Made by a program: the position numbers and the translations under genes
In this document: piece after piece, positions 11,353 to 21,531 of the stretch
How positions within the stretch are numbered: position 1 is the stretch's first letter
How the letters are laid out: each line of letters opens with the position of its first letter
From: Alkalilimnicola ehrlichii MLHE-1
GTDB lineage: Bacteria > Pseudomonadota > Gammaproteobacteria > Nitrococcales > Halorhodospiraceae
Length of the DNA stretch: 32,000 nt
NCBI RefSeq assembly: GCF_000014785.1
Contig: NC_008340.1
Location: forward strand, 1-32,000
Direction: 5' to 3'
The notes under the pieces: model-generated
Told to the model about the DNA's origin: nothing
The model's database searches: none
The model's input: only the letters and a program-made list of their open reading frames with translations

Positions 11353-12129
11353 CTACTTCCGGAAGGAACGGGTGTAGAGGGTGCCGGGGTAGCCGCGCTC
11401 GCTGATCTCCGGCATCTGCGCCTCAATCCACGCCTCGACCTCGGCCAGGACCTCGCCGACCTGCCGTCCCTCGGTGGCGATCGCCGGGCCGATCCGCACC
11501 CGGATCTCCCCGGGTTGTTTGATGATGGAGCCCCGTGGCCAGATCTCGCCGGCGTTGTGTGCTACCGGTAGGATCGGGGTGCCGGTCTCGCAGGCCAGAA
11601 TGGCACCGCCGGCGCGGTAGCGCCCCTTGCGGCCGGCCGGCACGCGGGTGCCCTCCGGAAAGATGATCACCCAGCGGCCCGCCCGCAACCGTTCCCGTCC
11701 CTGTTCCACCACCTGGCGTCGGGCCAGGGCCCCGGAGCCGCGGTCGATAGCGATGGGCTGAAGCAGCGCCAGCCCCCAGCCGAACACCGGGATGCGCATC
11801 AGCTCGCGCTTCAGCACCCAGGTCTGCGGTTGAAACCATCTCAGCAGCCCGAGCGTCTCCCACGCAGACTGGTGCTTGGCCATGACCACGCAGGGTTGCT
11901 CCGGCCGATGCGCCAGGCCCTCAACCCGGACCCGGACCCGGCAGAGCCGCTCCAGGGTCCAGAGCTGCAGGTGACCCCAGCTGGTGATCAGGCGGTAGCG
12001 CAGTCGATAGGGCAAGGGAAGGGTCAGCAGTGCCAACAGTCCCCACACCGGCAGCGTGATCACCAATAGCGCCTGGTGCAGCACGCTGGCAAAGACCACC
12101 CGGGCCCCTCTCATGACGCTATCCCCCAT
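11353..12129 (-). CDS. 1-acyl-sn-glycerol-3-phosphate acyltransferase (PlsC-like)
   Basis: 258-aa ORF; VVMAKHQSAWETLGL (variant of the HxxxxD acyltransferase motif), IIFPEGTRVPAGRKGRYRAGGAILA, PILPVAHNAGEIWP; downstream of gmhB. Confidence 0.88.
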   Translation of the reverse strand: MGDSVMRGARVVFASVLHQALLVITLPVWGLLALLTLPLPYRLRYRLITSWGHLQLWTLERLCRVRVRVEGLAHRPEQPCVVMAKHQSAWETLGLLRWFQPQTWVLKRELMRIPVFGWGLALLQPIAIDRGSGALARRQVVEQGRERLRAGRWVIIFPEGTRVPAGRKGRYRAGGAILACETGTPILPVAHNAGEIWPRGSIIKQPGEIRVRIGPAIATEGRQVGEVLAEVEAWIEAQMPEISERGYPGTLYTRSFRK

Positions 12130-12689
12130 TCCCCTATGAGTGCCGCCACCGCCTCGGCCAGATCGTCATAGACCGCCACCGCCCAGGGCAACCCCTGGGC
12201 CAGGGTCCGCGCCCCCTTGCCGGTACGCACCAGCATGGGCCGGGCATTGACCGCGCGGCCGGCCTCCAGGTCGCGCAGGCTGTCTCCGATCACCGGCACC
12301 CCGTCCAGCGGGCAGTCAAAGTGGGCGGCCGCCTGCAGCAGTAGCCCGGGCCGCGGCTTGCGACACTCACAGCGGTCCTCCGGGCGGTGGGGGCAGTGAA
12401 ACACCGCGTCGATCCGCGCACCGGCCCGGGCCAGCACTGCGTGCATATGGGCGGTGATGGCCCGGTAGGTGGCGTCGTCGAACAGCCCGCGACCGATCCC
12501 GCTCTGATTGGTGCACACGGCCACCGGCACGCCGGCGCGGTTGAGGCGGGCGATTGCCTCGGCACTGCCGGGGATCACCCGCCACTCCTCCGGCGCCTTG
12601 ATATAGGCGTCGGAGTCCTGGTTGATTACCCCGTCCCGGTCGAGGATGACCAGTGGCGGGCGGTTAGCGGCCGGGCAGTCGTGAGACAT
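12111..12689 (-). CDS. gmhB: D-glycero-beta-D-manno-heptose 1,7-bisphosphate 7-phosphatase
   Basis: Second part of ORF 12111-13181, starting at ATG 12689 ([36 protein letters not shown]); CTNQSGIGRG, CPHRPEDRCECRKPRPGLLLQAA, VIGDSLRDLEAG with Cys/His zinc-binding cluster. Confidence 0.92.
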   Translation of the reverse strand: MSHDCPAANRPPLVILDRDGVINQDSDAYIKAPEEWRVIPGSAEAIARLNRAGVPVAVCTNQSGIGRGLFDDATYRAITAHMHAVLARAGARIDAVFHCPHRPEDRCECRKPRPGLLLQAAAHFDCPLDGVPVIGDSLRDLEAGRAVNARPMLVRTGKGARTLAQGLPWAVAVYDDLAEAVAALIGEWGIAS

Positions 12690-14737
12690 CGGCGATTTCC
12701 AGGAACAGGGCCTGAATGGCCTTGAGCAGCGCCAGGCGGTTGACCCGCACGCCCGGGTCCTCGGCCATGACCAGGATGTCGTCAAAGAAGGTGTCGACAG
12801 GCTCACGCAGCCGTGCCAGCCCCTCCAGGGCGCCGGCGTAATCGCCTTCGGCGAGCCGGGGCTGCAGTTGCTCCCGGGTCGCCTCCAGGCTCCGGGCCAG
12901 GGCCTGTTCCGCCGGCTCCTTGAGCTGTGCTGAAGCGACGGTGTCCGGCACCGTCTCCCCGGCCTTGCGCAGGATGTTGCCGATCCGCTTGTTGGCCGCG
13001 GCCAGGGCCTCCGCCTCCGGCAGGCCGGCGAAGCGGCGGCAGGCCAGCAACCGGCGGTGGAAATCCAACGGGCAGCGGGGCCGAACCGCAAGCACCGCCT
13101 CGAACAGCTCCGCGCCGATCCCCTGCTCCTGGTAGTAGCCGCGCAGGCGCTCAAGGCAGAAATCGTAGACCTCCTCGGCAATGCTGCGCCCGGCGATACC
13201 CTCTGGCAGCAATACCGCGGCCCGACCCAGCAGCCCCTCCAGGTCCAGCGGCAGCTCCCCCTCGATCAGCGTCCGCATCAAGCCGAGGGCCGCGCGGCGC
13301 AGGGCAAAGGGGTCCTTGTCGCCAGTGGGGGCCAGGCCGATGGCAAAGATACCGGCCAGGGTGTCGGCGCGCTCGGCGATCGCCAGCAGACGGCCCGCCG
13401 GGGTGGCTGGTATGGCCTCGCCGGCGTAGCGCGGGCGGTAGTGTTCGAGAATGGCGTCGGCGACGGCCTTGGGTTCCCCGTCGTGGAGGGCGTAGTAACG
13501 GCCCATGATGCCCTGGAGCTCGGGAAACTCACCGACCATCTCCGTGCCCAGGTCGCAGCGGGCCAGCCAGGCGGCGCGGGCCACCGGCGCCGGGTCGTGA
13601 TCCATCTCCACCGCCAATTGTTCGGCCAGATGCGCGACCCGTTGGGTCTTGTCGTAAAGGGTGCCGAGCTGCTTCTGGAAGATCACCCCCTTGAGATCGG
13701 CCAGCCGATCGATGAGGGGGCGCTTGCGATCCTGTTGCCAGAAGAAGTCGGCGTCCGCCAGCCGGGGCCGGATCACCCGCTCGTTGCCGGAGCGGACCTG
13801 ATCCGGATCGCGGCTCTCGATGTTGGCCACGGTAATGAACAGCGGCAACAGCTGACCGTCCTGGCCGCGGACGGGGAAATACTTTTGGTGGCCTTGCATG
13901 CTGGAGATCAACGCTTCCTCGGGCACCTCCAGGAAGCCGGGGTCGAAGCTGCCCACCAGCGGCACGGGCCACTCCACCAGGGCCGTCACCTCATCGAGCA
14001 GGCCCTCGTCCATGATCGCTACCCCCTGCTCCTGCTCGGCCAGCCGCAGCACACCGCGTCGGATCCTCTCCCGCCGCGCCTCGAAGCTCGCCTCCACCCG
14101 GCCCTCGCCCCGCAGCCGCTCGGCGTAGTCATCGGCGCTGGCCAGCTCGATGGGCTCCGGGGCATGGAAGCGGTGGCCGCGGGTGGTCCGGCCGGACGTC
14201 ACATCCATCAGCGTGGCCGGTACCACGTCGGCGCCGAGCAGGAAGACGATCCAATGGACCGGCCGCACGAAGGTGGCCTGGCCGCTGCCCCAGCGCATCC
14301 GCTTGGGAATGGGGAGGCGGGAGAGGCTCTGGTTGACGATGTCAGGGAGCAACTCCGTGGCCGCGCGGCCGGGCTGCACACCGCGCCAGGCGAGCCAAGT
14401 GCCTTTGGGGGTCTCCAGACGCTCCAGCTGCTCCACCGTGGCGCCACAGGAGCGGGCAAAGCCCTCGGCAGCCTTGGTGGGCCGGCCGTGGTCGTCAAAG
14501 GCGACGTTCAGCGCGGGACCGCGGCGTTCGATCGCCTTGTCCTCCTGGCGGGCCTGCAGGGCCTCCACCTGCAGTGCCAGCCGGCGCGGGGTGGCGTAGC
14601 TGTGCACCGGGCCGTGCCCCAGCTCCGCCTGCTCCAGGCCCTGCACCACACCGTCGCGGAAGGCCGCCTCCAGCCTGGGCAGGGCCACCGGCGGCAGCTC
14701 CTCGGTACCGATCTCGATGAGCAGTGTGCGGGTGGAC

Positions 14738-14745
<8 letters not shown>
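12664..14745 (-). CDS. glyS: Glycine--tRNA ligase beta subunit
   Basis: ORF 12664-14796, with start taken at ATG 14745 ([29 protein letters not shown]); [41 protein letters not shown] near the C-terminus. Confidence 0.96.
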
Positions 14746-15646
<901 letters not shown>

Positions 15647-15733
15647 CTGACCGGCCGCGCTGTCCTTTTCGTTTCTGACACTCAGGGACAAGGTAACCCC
15701 CAATCTGTTCGGCTTGCCTCGGATAAGCCGATC

Positions 15734-15763
15734 AGTATACCGGGTCTGCCCGCCTCCTTGCAG
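15734..15763 (-). promoter_or_regulatory. Candidate sigma70 promoter for glyQS
   Basis: On the minus strand: CTGCAA (15763-15758), N18, TATACT (15739-15734). Motif-only evidence. Confidence 0.3.
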
Positions 15764-15851
15764 GCGCCCCGCCGGGATGTCTTGGATTGGTGCAGGCCGC
15801 CTCAGGGGGGTGCCCAATGGCCGGCCCGGCGGTCCATCGCCCAGGTGATGC

Positions 15852-15866
15852 GCACCCTATTGGTGC
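15852..15866. promoter_or_regulatory. NtrC-like binding site 1 upstream of glnA
   Basis: GCACCCTATTGGTGC (in TGCGCACCCTATTGGTGCAACA), matching the enteric NtrC dyad pattern GCACY-N5-GGTGC. Confidence 0.7.
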
Positions 15867-15882
15867 AACAACGCGGAAAGAC

Positions 15883-15897
15883 GCGCCATCCTGGTGC
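15883..15897. promoter_or_regulatory. NtrC-like binding site 2 upstream of glnA
   Basis: GCGCCATCCTGGTGC; centre 31 bp from site 1 centre (about three helical turns). Confidence 0.65.
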
Positions 15898-15961
15898 GGT
15901 TATACTGCCTGGCGACGGGGCGCAGGTCCCCTAACCCGCAGAGGCTCGGGGAATCTCACGA

Positions 15962-15978
15962 TTGGCATGCAACCTGCT
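15962..15978 (+). promoter_or_regulatory. Candidate sigma54 (-24/-12) promoter of glnA
   Basis: TTGGCATGCAACCTGCT against consensus YTGGCACGNNNNTTGCW; invariant GG-N10-GC spacing preserved; about 50 bp upstream of the glnA ATG, downstream of paired NtrC-like sites. Confidence 0.7.
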
Positions 15979-16029
15979 TGCAAGGGCCTGCATCGACATT
16001 CCGAGCTGATCATATTCCGGAGGTACAGA

Positions 16030-17445
16030 ATGGCTCGCACCGCTGCTGACGTACTCAAGCTGATCCAGGACGAGGACGTGAAGTTCGTCGACCTGCGCTT
16101 CACCGACACCCGTGGCAAGGAACAGCACGTGACCATCCCCGCCCACGAACTGGACGAGGACATGTTCGAGGACGGCAAGATGTTCGACGGCTCCTCAATC
16201 GCGGGCTGGAAGGGCATCAACGAGTCCGACATGATCATGATGCCGGACCCGGAGACCGCCACCCTGGATCCCTTTTTCGACGATCCCACCATCAACCTCA
16301 CCTGCGACATCATCGAGCCCAGCACCATGCAGGGCTACGAGAAGGACCCCCGCTCCGTGGCCCGCCGGGCAGAGGCCTACCTGAAGTCCACCGGACTGGG
16401 TGAGAGCGCGCTGTTCGGCCCGGAGAACGAGTTTTTCGTGTTCGATGACGTGCGCTGGGGCGCCGACATGAGCGGCTCCTTCTACAAGATCGATTCGGAG
16501 GAGGCCGGCTGGAACTCCGAGCGGGTCTACGGTGACGGCAACATGGGTCACCGGCCGAAGGTAAAGGGCGGGTACTTCCCGGTACCGCCGGTGGACTCGC
16601 TGCACGATCTGCGCGCGGCCATGTGCGAGGCCCTCGAGGACCTGGGTCTGACCGTCGAGGTGCACCACCATGAGGTGGCCACGGCCGGTCAGTGTGAGAT
16701 CGGCGTCGGTCCCAACACCCTGGTGAAGAAGGCCGACGAGATTCAGAAACTCAAGTACGCCGTGCACAACGTCGCCCACGCCTACGGCAAGACCGCCACC
16801 TTCATGCCCAAGCCCCTGGTAGGCGACAACGGCAGCGGCATGCACGTGCACCAGTCGGTGATGAAGGACGGCAACAACGTCTTCGGTGGCGACAGCTACG
16901 GTGGCCTGTCCGAGTTCGCCCTGTACTACATCGGCGGCATCATCAAGCATGCCCGTGCTATCAACGCCTTCGCCAACGCCAGCACCAACAGCTACAAGCG
17001 GTTGGTCAAGGGCTTCGAGGCGCCGGTGCTGCTCGCCTACTCGGCCCGCAACCGCTCCGCCTCCATTCGCGTGCCCTACGTGCCCAACCCCAAGGCGCGC
17101 CGGATCGAGGTCCGTTTCCCGGACTCCACCGCCAACCCCTACTTCGCCTTCGCCGCGATGCTGATGGCCGGTCTGGACGGGGTGCAGAACAAGATCCATC
17201 CCGGCGAGGCCATGGACAAGGATCTCTACGATCTGCCCCCGGAGGAGGAGCGCGACATCCCGAAGGTGGCCCTGTCGCTGAATGAGGCGCTGGAGGCCCT
17301 GGATCAGGATCGCGAGTTCCTCAAACAGGGCGGGGTGTTCACCGACGACACCATCGACGCCTACATCGAGCTGAAGATGGAAGAGGTGGAGCGGTTGAAC
17401 ATGACCACCCACCCGGTGGAGTTCGACCTTTACTACAGTGTCTGA
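16030..17445 (+). CDS. glnA: Type I glutamine synthetase
   Basis: ORF 15787-17445, with start taken at ATG 16030 ([34 protein letters not shown]); [17 protein letters not shown], adenylylation-site-like [20 protein letters not shown]. Confidence 0.98.
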   Translation: MARTAADVLKLIQDEDVKFVDLRFTDTRGKEQHVTIPAHELDEDMFEDGKMFDGSSIAGWKGINESDMIMMPDPETATLDPFFDDPTINLTCDIIEPSTMQGYEKDPRSVARRAEAYLKSTGLGESALFGPENEFFVFDDVRWGADMSGSFYKIDSEEAGWNSERVYGDGNMGHRPKVKGGYFPVPPVDSLHDLRAAMCEALEDLGLTVEVHHHEVATAGQCEIGVGPNTLVKKADEIQKLKYAVHNVAHAYGKTATFMPKPLVGDNGSGMHVHQSVMKDGNNVFGGDSYGGLSEFALYYIGGIIKHARAINAFANASTNSYKRLVKGFEAPVLLAYSARNRSASIRVPYVPNPKARRIEVRFPDSTANPYFAFAAMLMAGLDGVQNKIHPGEAMDKDLYDLPPEEERDIPKVALSLNEALEALDQDREFLKQGGVFTDDTIDAYIELKMEEVERLNMTTHPVEFDLYYSV

Positions 17446-17474
17446 AGCCGGCGCTGCCGCACGACGCCATTGCA

Positions 17475-17497
17475 GGGGGCCTTCGGGCCCCCTTTTT
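17475..17497 (+). terminator. Rho-independent terminator after glnA
   Basis: GGGGGCC-TTCG-GGCCCCC followed by TTTTT, 30 bp past the glnA stop. Confidence 0.88.
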
Positions 17498-17554
17498 CGT
17501 GCCCGCCGGACCGGCTTGTTGTGCCGCCCCCCCGATTTGCCTAATCTGGTGGCT

Positions 17555-18082
17555 ATGAACCGAATCATCATCGCAGCCCTGCTCTGTCTGCTGCCTGCGC
17601 TCGCCACCGCCGATCGGATCTACACCTGGACCGACGACCAGGGGGTGAGGCACTACTCCGATACGCCGAAGGATCAGCGGGCGGAGGAGCTGACGCCCGA
17701 CCGGCTCAATCTCTACCAGCGCTTTACCGCACCGGTTCCCGAGCCTGCCGAACCGGACCAGGCCGCGGATGACCCGAACGCCTTTCCCGGCTATGACCGC
17801 CTGGCCATCCTCAGCCCCGGGGACGAGCAGGTGGTTCGTGACAACCTGGGCAACGTCGACGTGGAGTTGGCCCTGGAGCCGGAGCTGCAGGAGGGGCACC
17901 GCCTGGTGGCCCGGATTAACGACGAGGTGCGCGGCGAGTTCGAACGCCCCCGGTTCACCCTTGCGGAGGTCCACCGGGGGACCTGGGCGTTGCAGGTCTC
18001 GGTGGTGGACGAGGAGGGCCGCACGCTGATCGAATCGGGCACCGTTACCTTCTTCATGCATCAGGCCTCACGCCACTTCTGA
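17555..18082 (+). CDS. DUF4124-like domain periplasmic/secreted protein
   Basis: Start at ATG 17555 (MNRIIIAALLCLLPALATADRIYTWTDDQGVRHYSDTP); signal peptide plus YxWxDxxGxxHYSDxP motif typical of DUF4124. Confidence 0.75.
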   Translation: MNRIIIAALLCLLPALATADRIYTWTDDQGVRHYSDTPKDQRAEELTPDRLNLYQRFTAPVPEPAEPDQAADDPNAFPGYDRLAILSPGDEQVVRDNLGNVDVELALEPELQEGHRLVARINDEVRGEFERPRFTLAEVHRGTWALQVSVVDEEGRTLIESGTVTFFMHQASRHF

Positions 18083-18106
18083 TCCCCGCCCATGGCTTCG
18101 CGGCGG

Positions 18107-18128
18107 TATAATGCACTAAAATAGTGCA
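18107..18128 (+). promoter_or_regulatory. TATAAT -10-like box joined to an NtrC-like palindrome upstream of glnLG
   Basis: TATAAT at 18107-18112 immediately followed by TGCACTAAAATAGTGCA (18112-18128, perfect 7-bp arms). The 15-nt core GCACTAAAATAGTGC is the same length as the glnA sites. No convincing -35 seen. Confidence 0.55.
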
Positions 18129-18230
18129 AGACTGCCTGCACCATTTGCGCGCCTCCTGCCCGACAGCGCCGTAACAAGCGGTTGTCGCGACCCTGCCTGC
18201 CCTGGCGCATCTCTTGCAAAGTAAGCCGAC

Positions 18231-19283
18231 ATGGAAACGCACACCCCCCCGTACGTGGACCTTCTGGAGCACATCACCACCGCCGTGGTGATGATGGATA
18301 CGGATACCCGGGTCCTCCACCTGAATCCCGCGGCGGAGATGCTGTTCCGGGTGAGCCTCCGCCAGGTCTCCGGCCAGCCGCTGCTGGCCTTTGCCCCGTC
18401 GGCGGAATTGCTGGACACCCTGGTGCGCGACGTGGTGGAGACCGGCCGGACCTATACTCAGCGTGAGCGCCGCCTGCCGGTGAGCCAGAACCACCTGATC
18501 ACCGTGGATTGCACTGTCACCCCGATGCCCAACGGCCGGGTCCTGCTGGAACTGGCCGAGATCGACCGCCACCTGCGCATCACCCGCGAGCACCATCTGG
18601 TGGCCCAGAACCGGGCCATCCGGGAGCTGATCCGCGGTCTCGCCCATGAGATCAAGAATCCGCTGGGCGGCTTGCGTGGGGCGGCGCAATTGTTGGAGCG
18701 GGAGCTGGCCGGAGAAGAGCTGCGCGAATACACCCAGGTGATCATCAACGAGGCGGACCGCCTGCAAAACCTGGTGGACAGCCTGCTCGGTCCCAATGCG
18801 GTGCCGCGGCGGGAACCGGTGAATATCCACCAGGTGCTGGAGCGGGTGCGCCAGCTGGTCGTGGCTGAGGCCCCGGCCGGCGTGCAGCTGGAACGCGATT
18901 ACGACCCGAGCATCCCCCCGGTGACGGCGCAGTTCGACCATCTGGTCCAGGCGTGCCTCAACTTGGTGCGCAATGCCCTGCAGGCGGTGGCCGGCGAAGG
19001 CACCATCACCCTACGCACCCGTACCCAGCGTCAGTTCACCATTGCCGGCCGCAACCACAAGCTGGTGGCGCGGATAGACGTGGTGGACGACGGGCCCGGT
19101 ATCCCCGCGGAACAATTGGAACAGATCTTTTACCCCATGGTGACCACCCGGCCGGAGGGCTCCGGGCTGGGCCTGCCGATCGCCCAGACCCTGGTTGGCC
19201 AGCACAGCGGCCTGGTCGAATGCAGCAGCGAGCCCGGGCACACGGTGTTCACCATCTGGTTACCCCTGGAGACGACCCCATGA
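18231..19283 (+). CDS. glnL: Nitrogen regulation sensor histidine kinase NtrB/GlnL
   Basis: 350-aa; N-terminal PAS-like region (VVMMDTDTRVLHLNPAAEMLFRVS), H-box GLAHEIKNPLGGLRGAAQLLERE, N-box QACLNLVRNALQA, DDGPGIP and GSGLGLPIAQTLV; followed by ntrC. Confidence 0.95.
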   Translation: METHTPPYVDLLEHITTAVVMMDTDTRVLHLNPAAEMLFRVSLRQVSGQPLLAFAPSAELLDTLVRDVVETGRTYTQRERRLPVSQNHLITVDCTVTPMPNGRVLLELAEIDRHLRITREHHLVAQNRAIRELIRGLAHEIKNPLGGLRGAAQLLERELAGEELREYTQVIINEADRLQNLVDSLLGPNAVPRREPVNIHQVLERVRQLVVAEAPAGVQLERDYDPSIPPVTAQFDHLVQACLNLVRNALQAVAGEGTITLRTRTQRQFTIAGRNHKLVARIDVVDDGPGIPAEQLEQIFYPMVTTRPEGSGLGLPIAQTLVGQHSGLVECSSEPGHTVFTIWLPLETTP

Positions 19284-20686
19284 AGGAACAGGCATCGGTT
19301 TGGGTGGTGGACGACGATCGGTCCATCCGCTGGGTATTGCAAAAGGCCCTGGAGCGGGCCGGTTTCAAGGTCACCTGCTTTGACACGGCCGAGCGGGTGC
19401 TGCGGGCGCTGGAGCGTAACCAGCCCGATGTGCTGTTGACCGATATCCGTATGCCCGGTGTCAGCGGGCTGGATCTGCTCGCCCAGGTGGGTGATCGCTG
19501 GCCCGATATGCCGGTGATCGTGATGACGGCCCACTCCGACCTGGACGCCGCAGTGGCCTCGTATGAGGGCGGGGCCTTTGAGTACCTACCGAAGCCCTTT
19601 GATGTGGACGAGGCGGTGGAGTTGGTCACCCGCGCCCGGGAGAGCACCCGGACGGCTGAGGCCACGGAGGCCGCGGAAGCCCCAGCCCAGCATCCGGAGA
19701 TCCTCGGTGAAGCGCCGGCGATGCAGGAGGTGTTCCGCGCCATCGGCCGCTTGTCGCGCTCGTCGGTGACGGTGTTGATCAACGGCGAATCGGGAACCGG
19801 TAAGGAGCTGGTGGCGCGGGCGCTGCATCGCCACAGCCCCCGGTCGGAGGGGCCGTTCATCGCCCTGAATATGGCGGCTATTCCGCGGGATCTGATGGAA
19901 TCGGAGCTTTTCGGGCACGAGAAGGGGGCCTTCACTGGTGCCCAGGCGACGCGCCGCGGCCGTTTTGAGCAGGCGGACGGGGGCACCCTCTTTCTCGACG
20001 AGATCGGGGATATGCCGGCGGAGCTGCAGACCCGCCTGCTGCGGGTGCTGGCGGATGGTGAGTTCTACCGGGTGGGCGCGCACACGTCGATGCGGGTGGA
20101 TGTGCGCATCATCGCCGCCACGCACCAGAACCTGGAGGCGCGGGTGGCCGACGGCTACTTCCGCGAGGACCTGTTCCACCGCCTGAACGTGATCCGGGTG
20201 CATGTGCCCTCGCTGCGCGAGCGACGGGAGGATGTGCCGTTGCTGGCCCGACACTTCCTGGCAGCGGCGGGACGGGAGCTGAACGTGGAGCCCAAGACCC
20301 TGCGCCCGGAGGTGGAGCGTTACTTCATGGGCCTGGACTGGCCGGGCAATGTGCGCCAGCTTGAGAACACCTGCCGTTGGCTGACGGTGATGGCGAGCGG
20401 GCAGGAGGTGCTGCTGGAGGATTTGCCGCCGGAGCTGCGTGAGGAGGCGGAAGCCGGTCGTCCGGGGGGCGGAAACTGGGAGACGGCGCTGAGTCGCTGG
20501 GTGGACCAGGCCCTGGCGCGGGGGCAGGAGGGGCTGCTGGATGAGCTGCAGCCGCGCTTCGAGGTGATTATGATCCGGGCCGCCCTGCAGCGGACGGGCG
20601 GCCGACGCCAGGACGCCGCCCGCCTGCTGGGGTGGGGCCGGAACACGCTGACCCGGAAGATCAAAGAACTCGGGATGGAGTTATAG
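19280..20686 (+). CDS. glnG: Nitrogen regulation response regulator NtrC (sigma54 activator)
   Basis: Start at ATG 19280 (MKEQASVWVVDDDRSIRWVLQKALERAGFKV), ATGA overlap with glnL; receiver domain LLTDIRMPGVSG, sigma54 motifs GESGTGKELVARALH, ELFGHEKGAFTGAQ, Fis-type HTH at C-terminus (GRNTLTRKIKELGM). Confidence 0.97.
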   Translation: MKEQASVWVVDDDRSIRWVLQKALERAGFKVTCFDTAERVLRALERNQPDVLLTDIRMPGVSGLDLLAQVGDRWPDMPVIVMTAHSDLDAAVASYEGGAFEYLPKPFDVDEAVELVTRARESTRTAEATEAAEAPAQHPEILGEAPAMQEVFRAIGRLSRSSVTVLINGESGTGKELVARALHRHSPRSEGPFIALNMAAIPRDLMESELFGHEKGAFTGAQATRRGRFEQADGGTLFLDEIGDMPAELQTRLLRVLADGEFYRVGAHTSMRVDVRIIAATHQNLEARVADGYFREDLFHRLNVIRVHVPSLRERREDVPLLARHFLAAAGRELNVEPKTLRPEVERYFMGLDWPGNVRQLENTCRWLTVMASGQEVLLEDLPPELREEAEAGRPGGGNWETALSRWVDQALARGQEGLLDELQPRFEVIMIRAALQRTGGRRQDAARLLGWGRNTLTRKIKELGMEL

Positions 20687-20692
20687 GGGGAG

Positions 20693-20897
20693 CGGCTTGG
20701 GCCGGCGGGCCGGGGGCGGGGGGTACCGGCAGGCCTCCGATTGCGCACCCCTTCGGGGTGCCCTGCGCTACTCGGGAAAAATCGGCGCGCGTGAACTCGC
20801 TTCGCTCGAACAGGCACGCGCTTTTCCCGATTTTTCCCTGCGTTGCTCGGTGCGCAAAAGTCGGCCTGCCGGCACCCCCCGCCCCCGGCCCAAGCCG
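20693..20897. repeat. Large nested inverted-repeat element between convergent glnG and queE
   Basis: Outer arms CGGCTTGGGCC[GGCGGGCC]GGGGGCGGGGGGTACCGGCAGGCC and GGCCTGCCGGCACCCCCCGCCCCCGGCCCAAGCCG; middle TGCGCACC/GGTGCGCA; inner GGGAAAAATCGG/CCGATTTTTCCC and GCGCGTG/CACGCGC; local hairpin GCACCCCTTCGGGGTGC. Confidence 0.85.
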
Positions 20898-20901
20898 CGC
20901 G

Positions 20902-21531
20902 TCAGGGGATGCCGAGCAGCTTGTGGGTCTGCAGGCTCAATGACCATTGCGGGTGGGCGAGACAGTAGTCCACGCAGGCCTGGGTGTTGGCCTCGCGCTC
21001 CGGCCCGTCCATGGGTTGCAGAAAGAAGTGGCGGAAGGCCAGGTGCTGGAAGCGTTCCGGCTCCGCCCCCGGTTGCGGGTGGACCAGCTTGAGCTCGTCG
21101 CCGGTGGTGAGCACCAGGGGGGCGCCCGCCTTGGGGCTGACGCAGATCCAGTCCAGCCCGGCCGGCGCCGGCCGGGTGCCGTTGGTCTCCACCGCCACCT
21201 CAAACCCCCGACGGTGCAGGGCGTCGATCAGTGCGGAATCCAATTGCAACAGGGGCTCGCCGCCGGTGCAGACCACCAGCGGCCGGCCGCCGCCCGGCCA
21301 ATAGCCGGCCAGCCTTTCGGCCAGCTCGTTCGCGCTGCGGAAACGGCCGCCGCCGGACCCGCCGGTGCCCACGAAGGCGGTATCGCAAAACCGGCAGATG
21401 GCCGATGCCCGGTGGGCCTCGCGACCGCTCCAGAGGTTGCAGCCGGCGAAGCGGCAGAACACGGCGGGCCGCCCGGTCTGGGCGCCCTCCCCCTGCAGAG
21501 TGTAATGGATTTCATGGACGCTGTAGGTCAT
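20902..21531 (-). CDS. queE: 7-carboxy-7-deazaguanine synthase (radical SAM)
   Basis: 209-aa; YTLQGEGAQTGRPAVFCRFAGCNLWSGREAHRASAICRFCDT (radical-SAM Cys cluster in the variant seen in proteobacterial QueE), VVCTGGEPLLQLD, VAVETNGT. Confidence 0.93.
   Translation of the reverse strand: MTYSVHEIHYTLQGEGAQTGRPAVFCRFAGCNLWSGREAHRASAICRFCDTAFVGTGGSGGGRFRSANELAERLAGYWPGGGRPLVVCTGGEPLLQLDSALIDALHRRGFEVAVETNGTRPAPAGLDWICVSPKAGAPLVLTTGDELKLVHPQPGAEPERFQHLAFRHFFLQPMDGPEREANTQACVDYCLAHPQWSLSLQTHKLLGIP

Noticed and set aside
12690-13181. N-terminal extension of the gmhB ORF
   Set aside because: Arg/Ser-rich out-of-frame reading of glyS; the GmhB homology starts at [12 protein letters not shown] (12689).
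16195-17607. 470-aa minus-strand ORF
   Set aside because: Antisense shadow of glnA; also runs through the glnA terminator.
18953-19279. N-terminal extension of the ntrC ORF (MPQLGAQCPAGGGRRRHHHPTHPYP...)
   Set aside because: Out-of-frame reading of the glnL C-terminus; the receiver domain begins right after ATG 19280.
20697-21092. 131-aa plus-strand ORF (and overlapping 20632-20943) through the glnG-queE gap
   Set aside because: It translates the inverted-repeat element and the antisense of queE; no protein-family signal.
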